Counted from the first letter of the stretch, positions 1 to 10,495 are shown. The stretch is DNA of 64,000 bases from an uncultured virus (IMG/VR IMGVR_UViG_3300031087_000234) (IMGVR_UViG_3300031087_000234:1-64000), one strand, 5' to 3'. The notes: generated from the letters alone by a model not told the origin. A program made the numbers and translations.

Positions 1-65
1 CTAACAGAGAGTCAAGAAGAAGTGTATAAATATTTACAGAGTGCAGAAGCGGAGGAACTAATTTA

Positions 66-1160
66 ATGGCAGCAATCAACCTTAAAAACGACAGCTACAA
101 GAGCGGCATCTATCCAGTATTCCTGGGGCAACAGTTAGGCATCTACGACAGTATCAACAAAGCCTACCCAGAGATGTTTGACCTGTACAAGAAACAGAAA
201 GCACAGGATTGGGCAGAAGATGAAGTTGACTTGGATCAGTCGCGTAAAGACTTTGCTACCTGTTCTCAGAATAACTTTGATGTTATGATCAAGACGCTCA
301 GCTTCCAGTGGGAAAACGACTCTCTGGCTAAGTCAATCATCACTCTGTTCGCTCCATTCCTGACAAATAACGAAGCCAGCGCTATGATGCTGAAACAGTC
401 TGAGGTAGAGTTGCTCCACGCCCTTACCTATTCAGAGATTGTTCGTCAGTGTGTTAAAGATCCAAACAAAGTGATTGACGAGATTGTTAAAAATGATAGT
501 ATCTTCAATCGTATGGGTATCGTCGAAGAGGTAATGTCGGAACTGGAAACAGCAGGACATAAATACGCCTTAGGTATGCTGACCGTAGAAGATGATGGTG
601 ACTACATCCGACAGCTACTGCTGGAAGGTATGGTTGCTCTGATCGCACTTGAAGGTATCCAGTTTATGTCGTCATTCTCAGCTACGTTTGCACTTGCCGA
701 GCAAGGCTTGTTCATTGGTGCTGCGAAACTCGTACAGAAAATTATGTTAGACGAGATGTTGCACGTCCGTATGGATTATGCTATTATCGATGCGTTGCTG
801 AAAGATGCAGTTTGGGCTGATGCTTATGAAAAAGCTAAACCGAGACTGAAACTTATCTTGGACACGGTTGTTGACCAAGAAAGACAGTGGGCTAAATATC
901 TGTTTAGCGAAGGTCGAGTTGTTGTTGGCTTGAATGAAGTGTTGATGATGGAATGGGTATACTACAACTGTGCTCCTATCTATCGTCGCCTGAAACTCAA
1001 GGCAGATTTCAAATCACCTAAGCAGAACCCGACTCCTTGGATGGACTTCTGGACAAACCCAGATAAAACCCAGGCTGCGGCACAAGAGATTCAGCTTACT
1101 AACTACAAACTCAATTCGATGAAGCAAGACTTCGGAGAAGATGAGGAATTTGATTTCTAA
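66..1160 (+). CDS. nrdB: Ribonucleotide reductase class Ia beta subunit
   Basis: Di-iron/tyrosyl motifs ELLHALTY, LEGIQF, DEMLH; acidic C-terminal tail; GGAGG RBS. Confidence 0.95.
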   Translation: MAAINLKNDSYKSGIYPVFLGQQLGIYDSINKAYPEMFDLYKKQKAQDWAEDEVDLDQSRKDFATCSQNNFDVMIKTLSFQWENDSLAKSIITLFAPFLTNNEASAMMLKQSEVELLHALTYSEIVRQCVKDPNKVIDEIVKNDSIFNRMGIVEEVMSELETAGHKYALGMLTVEDDGDYIRQLLLEGMVALIALEGIQFMSSFSATFALAEQGLFIGAAKLVQKIMLDEMLHVRMDYAIIDALLKDAVWADAYEKAKPRLKLILDTVVDQERQWAKYLFSEGRVVVGLNEVLMMEWVYYNCAPIYRRLKLKADFKSPKQNPTPWMDFWTNPDKTQAAAQEIQLTNYKLNSMKQDFGEDEEFDF

Positions 1161-1169
1161 GGAGTAGTA

Positions 1170-1430
1170 ATGGCAGCAGTTTATCAGAAACCTGTATACA
1201 ATGTTGTCGTAGGAGATGAGATCCTATATACCGAAGATGAGTCTGGTGAAAACCAAGTATTCAAAAAGGTTGTAGGAGAGCCGTTCACGGTTTACTCTCC
1301 AATCGATACAAAGAAGTATGGGACTCTTTGGTATGACGGAGATCTAATCTTCGAGTTGGAAGATGGAACTTATACAGGTGGAGACAGATCCACCATCATC
1401 ACAGTAAAAGACCAGACGGTTGAGGAATAA
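1170..1430 (+). CDS. Hypothetical protein
   Basis: AAGGAG RBS, operon packing. Confidence 0.75.
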   Translation: MAAVYQKPVYNVVVGDEILYTEDESGENQVFKKVVGEPFTVYSPIDTKKYGTLWYDGDLIFELEDGTYTGGDRSTIITVKDQTVEE

Positions 1431-1433
1431 TAT

Positions 1434-1652
1434 ATGCCGAACAGTATCGTAAAGTTGTCTGACATTAAGAAAGGCGATTATCTGGAAGTCCAAGAGGACT
1501 TCTTTATGACAGCCATTCAGGACGCAGAACTCTTGAGTGAAGACTTGGAGTTTCCACTTCATATTGATGCAGGGAACTATCTGGTGGTGACAGATACGCA
1601 AGCCTTCATTTACGGGCCTGCCGACTTAGAGTTTACGTTAGTAACCTCGTGA
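1434..1652 (+). CDS. Hypothetical acidic protein
   Basis: GAGG RBS, operon packing. Confidence 0.7.
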   Translation: MPNSIVKLSDIKKGDYLEVQEDFFMTAIQDAELLSEDLEFPLHIDAGNYLVVTDTQAFIYGPADLEFTLVTS

Positions 1653-1658
1653 TGCAAT

Positions 1659-1677
1659 GGGGCTTCGGCCCCTTTTT
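1659..1677 (+). terminator. Intrinsic terminator
   Basis: GGGGC-TTCG-GCCCC-TTTTT. Confidence 0.85.
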
Positions 1678-1693
1678 AGATTAAGGAGCAGGT

Positions 1694-2686
1694 ATGAGAA
1701 TTTTAATCACAGGCGGCACTGGTTTTATTGGTAGTGCTGTTGTACGACAACTATTAGAAACAACAGATCACGAGTTGGCAGTAGTAGACAAAATGAGCTA
1801 CGCTTCTGATCTAAATAACGCCCCCATCTTAGATAACCCTCGGGTGGTTTTCTATGAGTTCGATTTGGCTTCATCTTTCCGAGTTAATTCGATGATTGAA
1901 GACTTCGATCCCCACATCATTATGCATCTCGCAGCAGAGAGCCACGTTGACAACTCTATCGAAGATCCAGCACCTTTTATTTACTCTAATATCGTAGGCA
2001 CATTTAACCTACTGGAAGCAGTACGAAACCGTTCTAACTCTTTATTAAAGTTTCACCATATTTCCACTGACGAAGTATACGGTGACTTAGCTGACAGGGA
2101 AGAATGGAGTGACGGATTTAAAGAGAGCGATCCTTATTCTCCTAGCAGCCCGTATTCAGCAAGTAAGGCGTCCAGTGATCATTTAGTCCGTGCTTGGGGT
2201 CGCACCTATAAGATCCCCGTAGTAATCACAAACTGTTCCAATAACTATGGCCCGTATCAGTACCCAGAGAAACTAATCCCGAGGGTCATCACTAACGCCT
2301 TAGCCGGTAAGACTATTCCAGTATACGGAGATGGTAAGCAGATCCGTGATTGGCTATACGTGGAAGACCACGCAAAGGCTCTTATTAAAGTTGTAATGGA
2401 AGGTAAAGAAGGCGAGACATATAATATCGGTGGACTAAGCGAGAAGACCAACGTAGAAGTCCTGAGAGCCATTCTAAGCCGACTTAGTGAAAGGACAGGC
2501 AAAGACCTTAGCAACCTGATTAGACACGTTCCTGACCGTAAGGGACACGATAAACGCTATGCTATCAACTGCAACAAGATTCAGACTGAACTTGGCTGGA
2601 AACCTGAGCAATCTTTTGAAGAGGGTATCAGGAAAACAGTTGATTGGTATCTTGATAATGGGGAATGGTTGGAGGACAAACTATGA
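1694..2686 (+). CDS. rmlB: dTDP-glucose 4,6-dehydratase
   Basis: [33 protein letters not shown] motifs. Confidence 0.97.
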   Translation: MRILITGGTGFIGSAVVRQLLETTDHELAVVDKMSYASDLNNAPILDNPRVVFYEFDLASSFRVNSMIEDFDPHIIMHLAAESHVDNSIEDPAPFIYSNIVGTFNLLEAVRNRSNSLLKFHHISTDEVYGDLADREEWSDGFKESDPYSPSSPYSASKASSDHLVRAWGRTYKIPVVITNCSNNYGPYQYPEKLIPRVITNALAGKTIPVYGDGKQIRDWLYVEDHAKALIKVVMEGKEGETYNIGGLSEKTNVEVLRAILSRLSERTGKDLSNLIRHVPDRKGHDKRYAINCNKIQTELGWKPEQSFEEGIRKTVDWYLDNGEWLEDKL

Positions 2687-3564
2687 AAGGAATTGTTCTG
2701 GCAGGCGGGAGTGGAACCCGCCTCCATCCTGTCACGAAGGGAGTGAGTAAACAGCTTCTTCCTGTGTACGACAAACCAATGATCTACTATCCATTATCAG
2801 TCTTGATGCTGGCAGGTATTCGTGAAGTCTTAGTTATCACCACACCTAAGGATCAATCTGCATTCGAGGATGTTCTGGGAGACGGTAGCGATTGGGGATT
2901 AAGTATCTCCTATGCAATTCAAAGTGAACCTAATGGGCTTGCAGAGGCTTTCATTATTGGGGAAGAATTCATTGATGGAGATGATGTTGCTCTTGTTTTA
3001 GGTGATAATCTTTTCTTCGGTGAAGGCTTTAGCGGAAAGTTAAGGAAAGCAAGGGAACAAGTAGAACATAAAGGTGGTGCGGTAATATTCGGTTACGAAG
3101 TTAAAGATCCTCAGCGTTTCGGTGTCGTAGGCTTCAACAGAAACAAAGTAACTAGTATTGAAGAAAAACCAGACGAACCTAAGTCCAACTGTGCAGTCAC
3201 AGGATTATACTTCTACGATTATACGGTAGTTGATCGTGCAAAGGAAGTTCGACCTTCTGACCGAGGAGAATTGGAAATCACTGATATTAATAACTCATAT
3301 CTTCAAGATGAAGTATTAGATGTGGAGATTTTAGGACGTGGGTTTGCTTGGTTAGATACAGGAACTCACGAGAGTTTACTTGAAGCCGCAGGGTATGTTA
3401 GAACTCTACAACGACAGCAAGGGACTTATATCGCTTGTCTGGAAGAAATTGCATATAAAAACGGATGGATTAGTCGTGACCAACTATTAGCTAAAGGGCA
3501 GCAAATGGCTAAGGTTGAATACGGAACTTACATTCTTAAACTTTTTGGGGAGACATTGAGATGA
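2683..3564 (+). CDS. rmlA: Glucose-1-phosphate thymidylyltransferase
   Basis: [36 protein letters not shown] 2683 overlaps the rmlB stop (ATGA) with GGAGG RBS. Confidence 0.97.
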   Translation: MKGIVLAGGSGTRLHPVTKGVSKQLLPVYDKPMIYYPLSVLMLAGIREVLVITTPKDQSAFEDVLGDGSDWGLSISYAIQSEPNGLAEAFIIGEEFIDGDDVALVLGDNLFFGEGFSGKLRKAREQVEHKGGAVIFGYEVKDPQRFGVVGFNRNKVTSIEEKPDEPKSNCAVTGLYFYDYTVVDRAKEVRPSDRGELEITDINNSYLQDEVLDVEILGRGFAWLDTGTHESLLEAAGYVRTLQRQQGTYIACLEEIAYKNGWISRDQLLAKGQQMAKVEYGTYILKLFGETLR

Positions 3565-4112
3565 AAGTAAAGAGTTTTGATATCGAGGGATTGAAACTTT
3601 TCCGTCCTAAAATCTTTGGAGATGAGCGTGGATACTTCTACGAATCATTTAATCAAGCCGAGTATGATGAACATATCGGGTATGAGGTGTTCGTACAGGA
3701 CAACGTATCTAAATCGAAAAAAGGTGTACTGCGGGGTATGCATTTTCAGAACATCAATCCTCAGGGTAAACTTGTTCGTGTTATGTCAGGTAGTGTATAT
3801 GATGTAGCTGTGGATGTGCGGAAAGGATCGCCCACGTTTGGGCAATGGGAAGGTGTTTTCCTTAGCGATCTGAATAAAGATATCTTCTGGATTCCACCTG
3901 GCTTTGCTCACGGCTTCGTTGTTATGAGTGAAGAGGCAATCTTTGAATATAAATGCACACAGTTCTATCATCCAGCATCAGAAGTAAGTTTAGCGTGGGA
4001 TGATCCTGATGTTAATATTGATTGGGGCTTTGACCTTATGGGCAAGAATTTTAAAGTCACTCTTTCCGAAAAAGACAGTAACGCTAAATCACTCAAGGAG
4101 ATCTTTGGATGA
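3561..4112 (+). CDS. rmlC: dTDP-4-dehydrorhamnose 3,5-epimerase
   Basis: [21 protein letters not shown] cupin motifs. Confidence 0.97.
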   Translation: MKVKSFDIEGLKLFRPKIFGDERGYFYESFNQAEYDEHIGYEVFVQDNVSKSKKGVLRGMHFQNINPQGKLVRVMSGSVYDVAVDVRKGSPTFGQWEGVFLSDLNKDIFWIPPGFAHGFVVMSEEAIFEYKCTQFYHPASEVSLAWDDPDVNIDWGFDLMGKNFKVTLSEKDSNAKSLKEIFG

Positions 4113-4933
4113 AGTATTTAGTCTTCGGTGGATATGGGCAGCTAGGTTCTGCCCTAGCTTATTACAAACCCTCTGATGTTCAGGTTATCCAGTTGGATAG
4201 CGGAGTAGATATTACCGACTACTTCAAGGTGAAGGATATTATCGATGAAGTACTGCCGGACGTTGTTATTAACTGCGCAGCATACACCAATGTTAATGGA
4301 GCAGAAGAAAACCAAGATAAAGCATTTGCTATTAACGCGCTTGGCCCTTCGATCCTAACTAAACTGTGTTCTGATAGATGTATTCGCTTTATTCATATTT
4401 CATCTGACTATGTTTTCGATGGAAAGAAGAATGCACCATACAATTCTTGGGATGATACTAACCCTCTCAATGTATACGGTGTAACCAAGGAAGCAGGTGA
4501 GATCTTTGCCTCAGGTCATAAGTGGTATAGTCCTCTCGTGATCCGCACCTCTTGGGTGTATAGTGAGTTCGGGAATAACTTCGCTAAAACAATCCTGAAC
4601 AGGGTTGCTTCGGGAGTCACCGAGTTTAATGTAGTGGACGACCAGTTGGGAACACCTACGTATGCGGGTCATATTGCAGAAGCTATCTTTAAGTACTACG
4701 CAACTGGTGATCTTTCCCTGGAGACAGGTATTATTCACTTCTCAGGCGATAAAGTTTTAAGTTGGTATGACTTCACAAAGTTATTGACAGAAGGCTATGA
4801 TTCTGTTATAGTCTCTCCAACGAAAACAGTCTCAGACGTAGTGAGGCCAGCATATTCTGCACTGGCTTCATCCTTCGGTATTTCCAGTAACACGGAAGAA
4901 GGTATTCTGAGAACTAAGGAAAAGGTTTTATAG
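4109..4933 (+). CDS. rmlD: dTDP-4-dehydrorhamnose reductase
   Basis: GxxGQLG, NCAAYTNV, SSDYVFDG, YGVTK, DDQLGTPT. Confidence 0.95.
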   Translation: MKYLVFGGYGQLGSALAYYKPSDVQVIQLDSGVDITDYFKVKDIIDEVLPDVVINCAAYTNVNGAEENQDKAFAINALGPSILTKLCSDRCIRFIHISSDYVFDGKKNAPYNSWDDTNPLNVYGVTKEAGEIFASGHKWYSPLVIRTSWVYSEFGNNFAKTILNRVASGVTEFNVVDDQLGTPTYAGHIAEAIFKYYATGDLSLETGIIHFSGDKVLSWYDFTKLLTEGYDSVIVSPTKTVSDVVRPAYSALASSFGISSNTEEGILRTKEKVL

Positions 4934-4941
4934 GAGAAAAG

Positions 4942-5196
4942 ATGGTATTCACTATTTATGGCAAACCAAATTGCCCATATTGCACTCGTGCAAAAGACAC
5001 ACTGATTTCCAAGGGTATTCACTTCGTATACCTGACTTTGGATGAAGATTTCACAGTGCCAGAACTTATCGAACTGGTTATTGAGAAAACGGGAGTCCGT
5101 CCCTCTACATTCCCTCAGATTTTCGTAAGAGATGAAGAGGAAACGGATACAATGCACGTAGGAGGTTTTACTGAACTGGTAAACTTCCTTAAATAA
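4942..5196 (+). CDS. Glutaredoxin
   Basis: CPYC active site, TFPQIF, VGGF. Confidence 0.93.
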   Translation: MVFTIYGKPNCPYCTRAKDTLISKGIHFVYLTLDEDFTVPELIELVIEKTGVRPSTFPQIFVRDEEETDTMHVGGFTELVNFLK

Positions 5197-5207
5197 AAGG
5201 AAAATGA

Positions 5208-5708
5208 ATGTCTAACGTATCAGACGTTTTCGGTATGCTTAAGCTGGACGAAGGTTTGAAGCTGAAAGTATATAAAGACACTGAGGGCTACTGGACTGTG
5301 GGGATTGGTCATCTTTTAACTAAGAAGCCTTCTCTTGATGTAGCAATCAGTGTTCTGGATTCTCAAGTAGGTAGAAAAACCCAAGGGTCTATCACCGAAG
5401 ATGAAGCCCGAAAAGTGTTTCAGTCCGATGTTAGCGCTGCTATCAAAGCTATTCAGGCTGACGCTACACTAAACCCAATCTATAAGAAATACGATGGAGT
5501 AAGGCAACAAGCTCTGATCAATATGGTATTTCAGATGGGTGCAGCAGGTACTGCTTCTTTCCATAACAGTTTAAATCTGGTTGCTAATAAAAATTATGCA
5601 CTGGCTGGAACTAATATGCGACAAAGTAAGTGGTATCGTCAGACGCCTAATAGAGCAGAACGTGTTATTAAGGTGTTAACAACAGGCACATTTGATGCCT
5701 ACAACTAA
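5208..5708 (+). CDS. T4-type lysozyme/endolysin (GH24)
   Basis: E-x8-D-x5-T triad (DEGLKLKVYKDTEGYWT), ALINMVFQMG, SKWYRQTPNRA as in T4 lysozyme. Confidence 0.93.
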   Translation: MSNVSDVFGMLKLDEGLKLKVYKDTEGYWTVGIGHLLTKKPSLDVAISVLDSQVGRKTQGSITEDEARKVFQSDVSAAIKAIQADATLNPIYKKYDGVRQQALINMVFQMGAAGTASFHNSLNLVANKNYALAGTNMRQSKWYRQTPNRAERVIKVLTTGTFDAYN

Positions 5709-5711
5709 TTA

Positions 5712-5729
5712 AGGGGCTAGCGCCCCTTT
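5712..5729 (+). terminator. Probable terminator hairpin
   Basis: AGGGGC-TAGC-GCCCCT followed by a short T run. Confidence 0.55.
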
Positions 5730-5740
5730 CAGGAGCAGTA

Positions 5741-6475
5741 ATGGGAAAGAGTAGCCGTAAGTCTAGTAAATCTTTTGATACCTCCGCACCTCGCAGTAAA
5801 TATCAAGAGAAGAATCCAGAAGCCACGACAGATTATAAGCTGGGGAACTTTGTTCCTACAGAAAAGCAGAATCAGATTGTTCAAAGTATGCAGTGGAACG
5901 ATTTAACTGTTGTAAACGGTAAAGCTGGAACAGGCAAGACCTCTACCGCACTATGGGCAGCAATCAATAAACTAAAGCAAGGCGACACACGGAGAATTAT
6001 CTTCCTGAAAAACCCTGCCGAAGTTGGTGACGACCAGATTGGATTCCTTTCGGGAGACAAGAAGGATAAACTTGCAGCCCACTATGCTTCAACAAAAAGA
6101 ATCTTCCACAGCTTTATGTCTCCAGGTAAACTGGAAACAGATATTGCTAACGGTAAGATTGAACTGGAAGTTCCAAACTATGCGCTGGGCGCAACTTGGG
6201 ATCACTCCATTGTAATTATTGACGAGAGCCAGCTTATGTCTCCACAAACCATTAAACTCCTGCTGGAGCGTACTGGAGAGGATACGAAGGTGGTGCTGAT
6301 TGGTGATGTTAGTCAAACCTACGCAGTCAAGAACCGTAAAAATGGTCTGGCTGATTTTGTAAGTAGAGTAACCGAAGATGGAGTTCCAAAGGAAGACTTT
6401 ATCGGGTATATTACCCTGGACTCTGAGGACAACCAGCGTTCACGTCTATCTCAGTACGTCACAGAACTTTATTAA
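5741..6475 (+). CDS. phoH: PhoH-family ATPase
   Basis: GKAGTGKT, IGFLSGD, IIDESQ, IGDVSQ. Confidence 0.9.
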   Translation: MGKSSRKSSKSFDTSAPRSKYQEKNPEATTDYKLGNFVPTEKQNQIVQSMQWNDLTVVNGKAGTGKTSTALWAAINKLKQGDTRRIIFLKNPAEVGDDQIGFLSGDKKDKLAAHYASTKRIFHSFMSPGKLETDIANGKIELEVPNYALGATWDHSIVIIDESQLMSPQTIKLLLERTGEDTKVVLIGDVSQTYAVKNRKNGLADFVSRVTEDGVPKEDFIGYITLDSEDNQRSRLSQYVTELY

Positions 6476-6514
6476 TACTTATGGGCAGGGATGCCCTATC
6501 TAAAAGGAGAGCAT

Positions 6515-6991
6515 ATGCAGTTAGTTGAGATTGATCGTAGTGGTATTGAGGCTTGCTATCAGGCTGGTATGGTGAAGCCTAATGAATTTAGACAAATCTT
6601 TATGGATTTGCTTGCAAAAGAGGTACAACTTAGGTTAGAATGTGTTTCTCCATTTCAAGTCGTATCTGCGCTGTTTACCAACGAATATTTTGAGGGTGTT
6701 TATCAGAAGCTATCAGGGACAAAGGGTGACTTGATTCAATGTGTCATTGATATTGCTACATCTGAGCCTGAACTACTCTTAATCAGTGCAGAAGAAGCTA
6801 AGCGTCTCTTCCTGAGTTACGTTTTCTATCGTAAAGCAGTAATCGTGCGTGATTGTAGTGATATGTTCAAGCATCAGTTGGTGCAGTCAACTACCTTGAT
6901 GGTAGACAAAGAGACGTTGAGAGCTATAGAGTATCTTTCCGTGCATTCCTCCGGTGGAAGGGACTTGATTAAAACCTATTACGAAAACTAA
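6515..6991 (+). CDS. Hypothetical protein
   Basis: AAGGAG RBS before ATG 6515. Confidence 0.7.
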   Translation: MQLVEIDRSGIEACYQAGMVKPNEFRQIFMDLLAKEVQLRLECVSPFQVVSALFTNEYFEGVYQKLSGTKGDLIQCVIDIATSEPELLLISAEEAKRLFLSYVFYRKAVIVRDCSDMFKHQLVQSTTLMVDKETLRAIEYLSVHSSGGRDLIKTYYEN

Positions 6992-7000
6992 GGAGGAATA

Positions 7001-7645
7001 ATGACTACAATTATTGCAACCAGAGATGCAATTTATAGTGATGGAATGGTGACTGTCGATAGTCGTGTGGACAGCATCAACTTCAAGAAAGTAAGAAAGA
7101 TTGAAGGCTACCTTGTCGGTGGTGCAGGTCGTCTTTCTTCTATCCTAACATTCTTCGATTGGATGGAGCAGAAGATTAAGGCAGAAAGACTGCAAGATGA
7201 ACTTCCTTCCTTGGTTATGGAAACTGACCCAGAGAAAGAAGATGAAGAGTTTGTTGCTCTTGTTGTTCATCCTGACGGTGAGATATATCTTCACGAGGGT
7301 AATGATCCTTCCCGAGCATATCCTATTGATACGGATTATTATTCAGTGGGTAGTGGTAGTGACTATGCCTTGGCAGCACTAGATGCTGGAGCAACCCCAG
7401 AACGAGCTATGGATGTAGCTAAGTTTAGAGACGCATACTCCGGTGGAGCAACATTCTTCGAAGTAATACTTCCAGAAGACAAGAAAGTAGAACTTACGGA
7501 TGAAGTTATGCAATCAATGAGCAAGGAAGACTTAATGAACCTAATCAAAACAGGAGTCCCACTTGGAACACCAGAAAACATCTTTGTACCCGCAAGCACA
7601 ACAGATCCTGAACCTTCCACAGGAAGCCAAGAGCCTGTTGGCTGA
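7001..7645 (+). CDS. HslV/proteasome-like Ntn-hydrolase peptidase
   Basis: N-terminal MTTIIA (catalytic Thr), SDG, GGAG, SVGSGS, RDAYSGG. Confidence 0.8.
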   Translation: MTTIIATRDAIYSDGMVTVDSRVDSINFKKVRKIEGYLVGGAGRLSSILTFFDWMEQKIKAERLQDELPSLVMETDPEKEDEEFVALVVHPDGEIYLHEGNDPSRAYPIDTDYYSVGSGSDYALAALDAGATPERAMDVAKFRDAYSGGATFFEVILPEDKKVELTDEVMQSMSKEDLMNLIKTGVPLGTPENIFVPASTTDPEPSTGSQEPVG

Positions 7646-7739
7646 ACTTATGGCAGACATTGAGAAAGAGGCGTACAAGAAAGGATTCAGTGAGGGCTAT
7701 AACTTAGGCTTCGCTGAGCACAAATACCTACCATTCTAA
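7563..7739 (+). CDS. Small hypothetical protein (58 aa, TTG start; not in ORF track)
   Basis: AGGAG RBS, fills the gap before the next gene, overlaps the peptidase 3' end. Confidence 0.55.
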   Translation: MEHQKTSLYPQAQQILNLPQEAKSLLAELMADIEKEAYKKGFSEGYNLGFAEHKYLPF

Positions 7740-7747
7740 GGAGTGCT

Positions 7748-8173
7748 ATGTTAATCACAAAAACTGAGGTGGAGGAGAAGTTATTCTCCTTCGAACAGAC
7801 GGTTAAGCTAAGCCGCAATCTTAAGCAGGCTATGGCAAGTAAAATGTATTGGGTGCCTGGCAAAGGTATTTTCGGAGGCTTCTACGACAACTATACAAAC
7901 GTTTTCGGTGAGGCTTTATTGAATAATCCTAAAAAGACAGAGATCCTAGATACTCTTCTTGCAATGGAGAAGATTTCCGTGGTAAACTATAATTTGATGG
8001 ACTTCCACGATCAAACGATGCAAGGTAAGGATATGTTCGAAGCTCTACTGGCTAAGTTTGGTGACAAGGAATCCATTGACATTGATGAAAGATGTGTTAC
8101 TCTCATTAGATTCCTCGGTGACTTCAATGAAGAAACCTATGAAGGTAAGGGTGTAGAATGCCCGCAGCTTTAA
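7748..8173 (+). CDS. Hypothetical protein
   Basis: AGGAG RBS, operon packing. Confidence 0.75.
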   Translation: MLITKTEVEEKLFSFEQTVKLSRNLKQAMASKMYWVPGKGIFGGFYDNYTNVFGEALLNNPKKTEILDTLLAMEKISVVNYNLMDFHDQTMQGKDMFEALLAKFGDKESIDIDERCVTLIRFLGDFNEETYEGKGVECPQL

Positions 8174-8679
8174 AGAAGAAATCCGAAAGGAATGTTAATG
8201 ATTATTATCCCACTCCTGAATCGGCTATTCAGCCGCTCTTAGAAGTTATTGGATATAAGGATATTGTAACGGATTGGAGATTTGCAGAACCGTGTCGTGG
8301 AGAAGCAAAGGCAATCTACAGGTACTTACCCTTCGGGAGTGAGTATTGTGAGCTATCGGAAGGAAAAGATTATCTACTGTCGCAATGGAATGAAAGACCA
8401 GACTGTATAATCACTAACCCTCCATTTTCAATAGCTATGGAATTCTTGGAGAAGAGTATTGGAGAGGCAGATGTTTGCATTTATCTCCTGAGACTCGGCT
8501 TCTTAGAATCTGTGAGACGTAAAGAGTTCCATCAGAAATATCCGGTGGATCATTTGATCGTCCTCAGCAAACGTCCATCCTTCTCAGGAGACGGAAAAAC
8601 AGATGGCACAGCTTACGCTTGGTTTGTCTACGATCCGAAGAAAAGATTAGGATTGGAAAAATCGATATATGTCGTATAA
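8158..8679 (+). CDS. DNA amino-methyltransferase (probably N6-adenine)
   Basis: DYYPTP, EPCRGE (motif I-like), ITNPPF (motif IV). Confidence 0.85.
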   Translation: MPAALKKKSERNVNDYYPTPESAIQPLLEVIGYKDIVTDWRFAEPCRGEAKAIYRYLPFGSEYCELSEGKDYLLSQWNERPDCIITNPPFSIAMEFLEKSIGEADVCIYLLRLGFLESVRRKEFHQKYPVDHLIVLSKRPSFSGDGKTDGTAYAWFVYDPKKRLGLEKSIYVV

Positions 8680-8692
8680 TTAAGGAAATACA

Positions 8693-8884
8693 ATGGCTTC
8701 ATATCAGAACTACCTAGTAGGTTACAGCGCTACACAAAAGAGCACTATCGGTGCAGGTATTGTGAGCACAACAGAAGCAGATGCAAAAGTTCAAGGCAGC
8801 AAAGTACTAGCTTCCGCGTTCGGTGTACCTGTTTCTCAGGATAAAGTATTCGTCTCCCTGATGGATACTCCTGTAACAACCTAA
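8693..8884 (+). CDS. Hypothetical protein
   Basis: AAGGA RBS, followed by a terminator. Confidence 0.65.
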   Translation: MASYQNYLVGYSATQKSTIGAGIVSTTEADAKVQGSKVLASAFGVPVSQDKVFVSLMDTPVTT

Positions 8885-8893
8885 GTGATATTT

Positions 8894-8916
8894 GCCCTCT
8901 CTCGGGAGGGCTTTTT
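8894..8916 (+). terminator. Intrinsic terminator
   Basis: GCCCTCT...GGAGGGC-TTTTT. Confidence 0.7.
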
Positions 8917-8927
8917 AGGAGGGAATA

Positions 8928-9125
8928 ATGCAGCAACAACTAGAAATAGTTCAAACTTTCACATCCAAAGCAAAAGCCTTAGCGTTTATGCAGTTCTTGG
9001 ACGTGGATCGTATCTTACTCGATAGTACAGGCTCTGAATACAAGGTTGTATATGCCGCACTACGCTCCACAGTGGACGGTGAAGTTGTACCCAAAGAAGA
9101 AGAGACCAGTGTTATCACCTCATAA
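8928..9125 (+). CDS. Hypothetical protein
   Basis: GGAGG RBS. Confidence 0.65.
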   Translation: MQQQLEIVQTFTSKAKALAFMQFLDVDRILLDSTGSEYKVVYAALRSTVDGEVVPKEEETSVITS

Positions 9126-9135
9126 GGGGTAATAA

Positions 9136-9723
9136 ATGCTCTTAAGTGCAAGTGGTTATGTCAGTTCCGAAATACTGACAAAAGCTATCGTACAGGCTTC
9201 AAAGAATCGTAGTCCAATTACATTGCCAATGTGTGTAGATTTTGATAGTGTATATCAGAAGCACATATCGCACCTGTATGTACGCAGGAACAATGTGGAC
9301 AACGTAACAGAGAATACATTCTATGTAACTACCCATAAGCAGGCACTGATCAATCAGTCCAAAATGAATCGTCTGCCGAAGACAGGAAGCTATTTTAGCA
9401 TTTTACCTGGTAGAAACCTAGACGTAGAAGGAATGACGTGCTACTCTACAGAGGTTAGTGTAGAACTTATTGATATAGGGCATAATACACTGCCTCAGAT
9501 CGTAAGCGAAGTTAAGGCTTTTATCCTATCCCTCGGTGTTGCTAGTAAACACCTCGACTTCGTTATCTCGGAGAAAGAAGGGGAAGGCGTTGAAGTGTGG
9601 GTAAACCTTATTAAGGTTGGAAATGTAATTTGCTTTGATACTCCTAATGGATGCACCATTACGGTAGGAACCCTTGCAAGAGAGCCTCTATTGTCTTATG
9701 CTGTAGAGGTGGCAACTAGTTAA
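9136..9723 (+). CDS. Hypothetical protein
   Basis: 195 aa ORF in operon. Confidence 0.7.
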   Translation: MLLSASGYVSSEILTKAIVQASKNRSPITLPMCVDFDSVYQKHISHLYVRRNNVDNVTENTFYVTTHKQALINQSKMNRLPKTGSYFSILPGRNLDVEGMTCYSTEVSVELIDIGHNTLPQIVSEVKAFILSLGVASKHLDFVISEKEGEGVEVWVNLIKVGNVICFDTPNGCTITVGTLAREPLLSYAVEVATS

Positions 9724-9736
9724 ACGGAGGTAGGAA

Positions 9737-10495
9737 ATGTTTCAACTCAATGTACAAGCTGGCGAAGATAAACGTGTTCTGGTTTTTGGAGATGTACACG
9801 GTGCCTGGCATTTGGTGCAAAAAGCAATTCACGATTTAGGAATCAATGACGAAGATATTAAAGTGTTTGTCGGAGACCTTACAGATCGTGGTACGCAGAA
9901 CTTTAAGTGCGTTGAATACGCCGCAAACACCAAAAACTCTTTCGTCGTTCGTGGAAACCACGATGATATGATGATCAAAGGTTTGCTGGAAGGCGATCAG
10001 AGAAATTATCTTGGGTGGTTACAGAATGGTGGAAAAACTGTTCTGGAAGAAGTGGGAGAGGAAGGAAGCACTTGTCTGGCAGTTATGCTAGAAGATAAGT
10101 CTTACTACCTAATTAATATGCAGGTGAATGGCAGAATGTATGCCTTTACACACGCGGAGTACCCACTGGAGTTGGAATCTGTCCCGCCACTGGCATTGGA
10201 ACAAGTACTAAAGGACAACTACCCTGATCAGTTTGAGCAGGCTAAGGCAGAGATTGGTGAAATGCTCTGTTGGAACCGCACCATTATTGGTGGAATTGAG
10301 AAAGGGTATGTTCTTCCTGATGTTCTGGGAGTAGAGATGATCTTCCACGGACATACAGGTGTGAAAGATCCTGTGATTCACGGTAATCGGGCATATATTG
10401 ATACAGGGGGTATCTTCACTGGAAAACTAACCGTAGCGGTTATCGAACCGGACGGAGAGATCTGGTATTATGATACTAAGATGGAGAACCTATGA
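9737..10495 (+). CDS. Calcineurin-like metallophosphoesterase (NinI-like Ser/Thr phosphatase)
   Basis: GDVHG, GDLTDRG, RGNHD, FHGHT, IDTG. Confidence 0.9.
   Translation: MFQLNVQAGEDKRVLVFGDVHGAWHLVQKAIHDLGINDEDIKVFVGDLTDRGTQNFKCVEYAANTKNSFVVRGNHDDMMIKGLLEGDQRNYLGWLQNGGKTVLEEVGEEGSTCLAVMLEDKSYYLINMQVNGRMYAFTHAEYPLELESVPPLALEQVLKDNYPDQFEQAKAEIGEMLCWNRTIIGGIEKGYVLPDVLGVEMIFHGHTGVKDPVIHGNRAYIDTGGIFTGKLTVAVIEPDGEIWYYDTKMENL

Noticed and set aside
25..32. T4-type late promoter TATAAATA
   Set aside because: I noticed only this copy, inside upstream coding sequence, and not before other genes.
1694..4933. Bacterial O-antigen locus or host contamination
   Set aside because: The operon is seamlessly embedded among phage genes, shares their CATG avoidance, and lacks wzx/wzy or glycosyltransferases.
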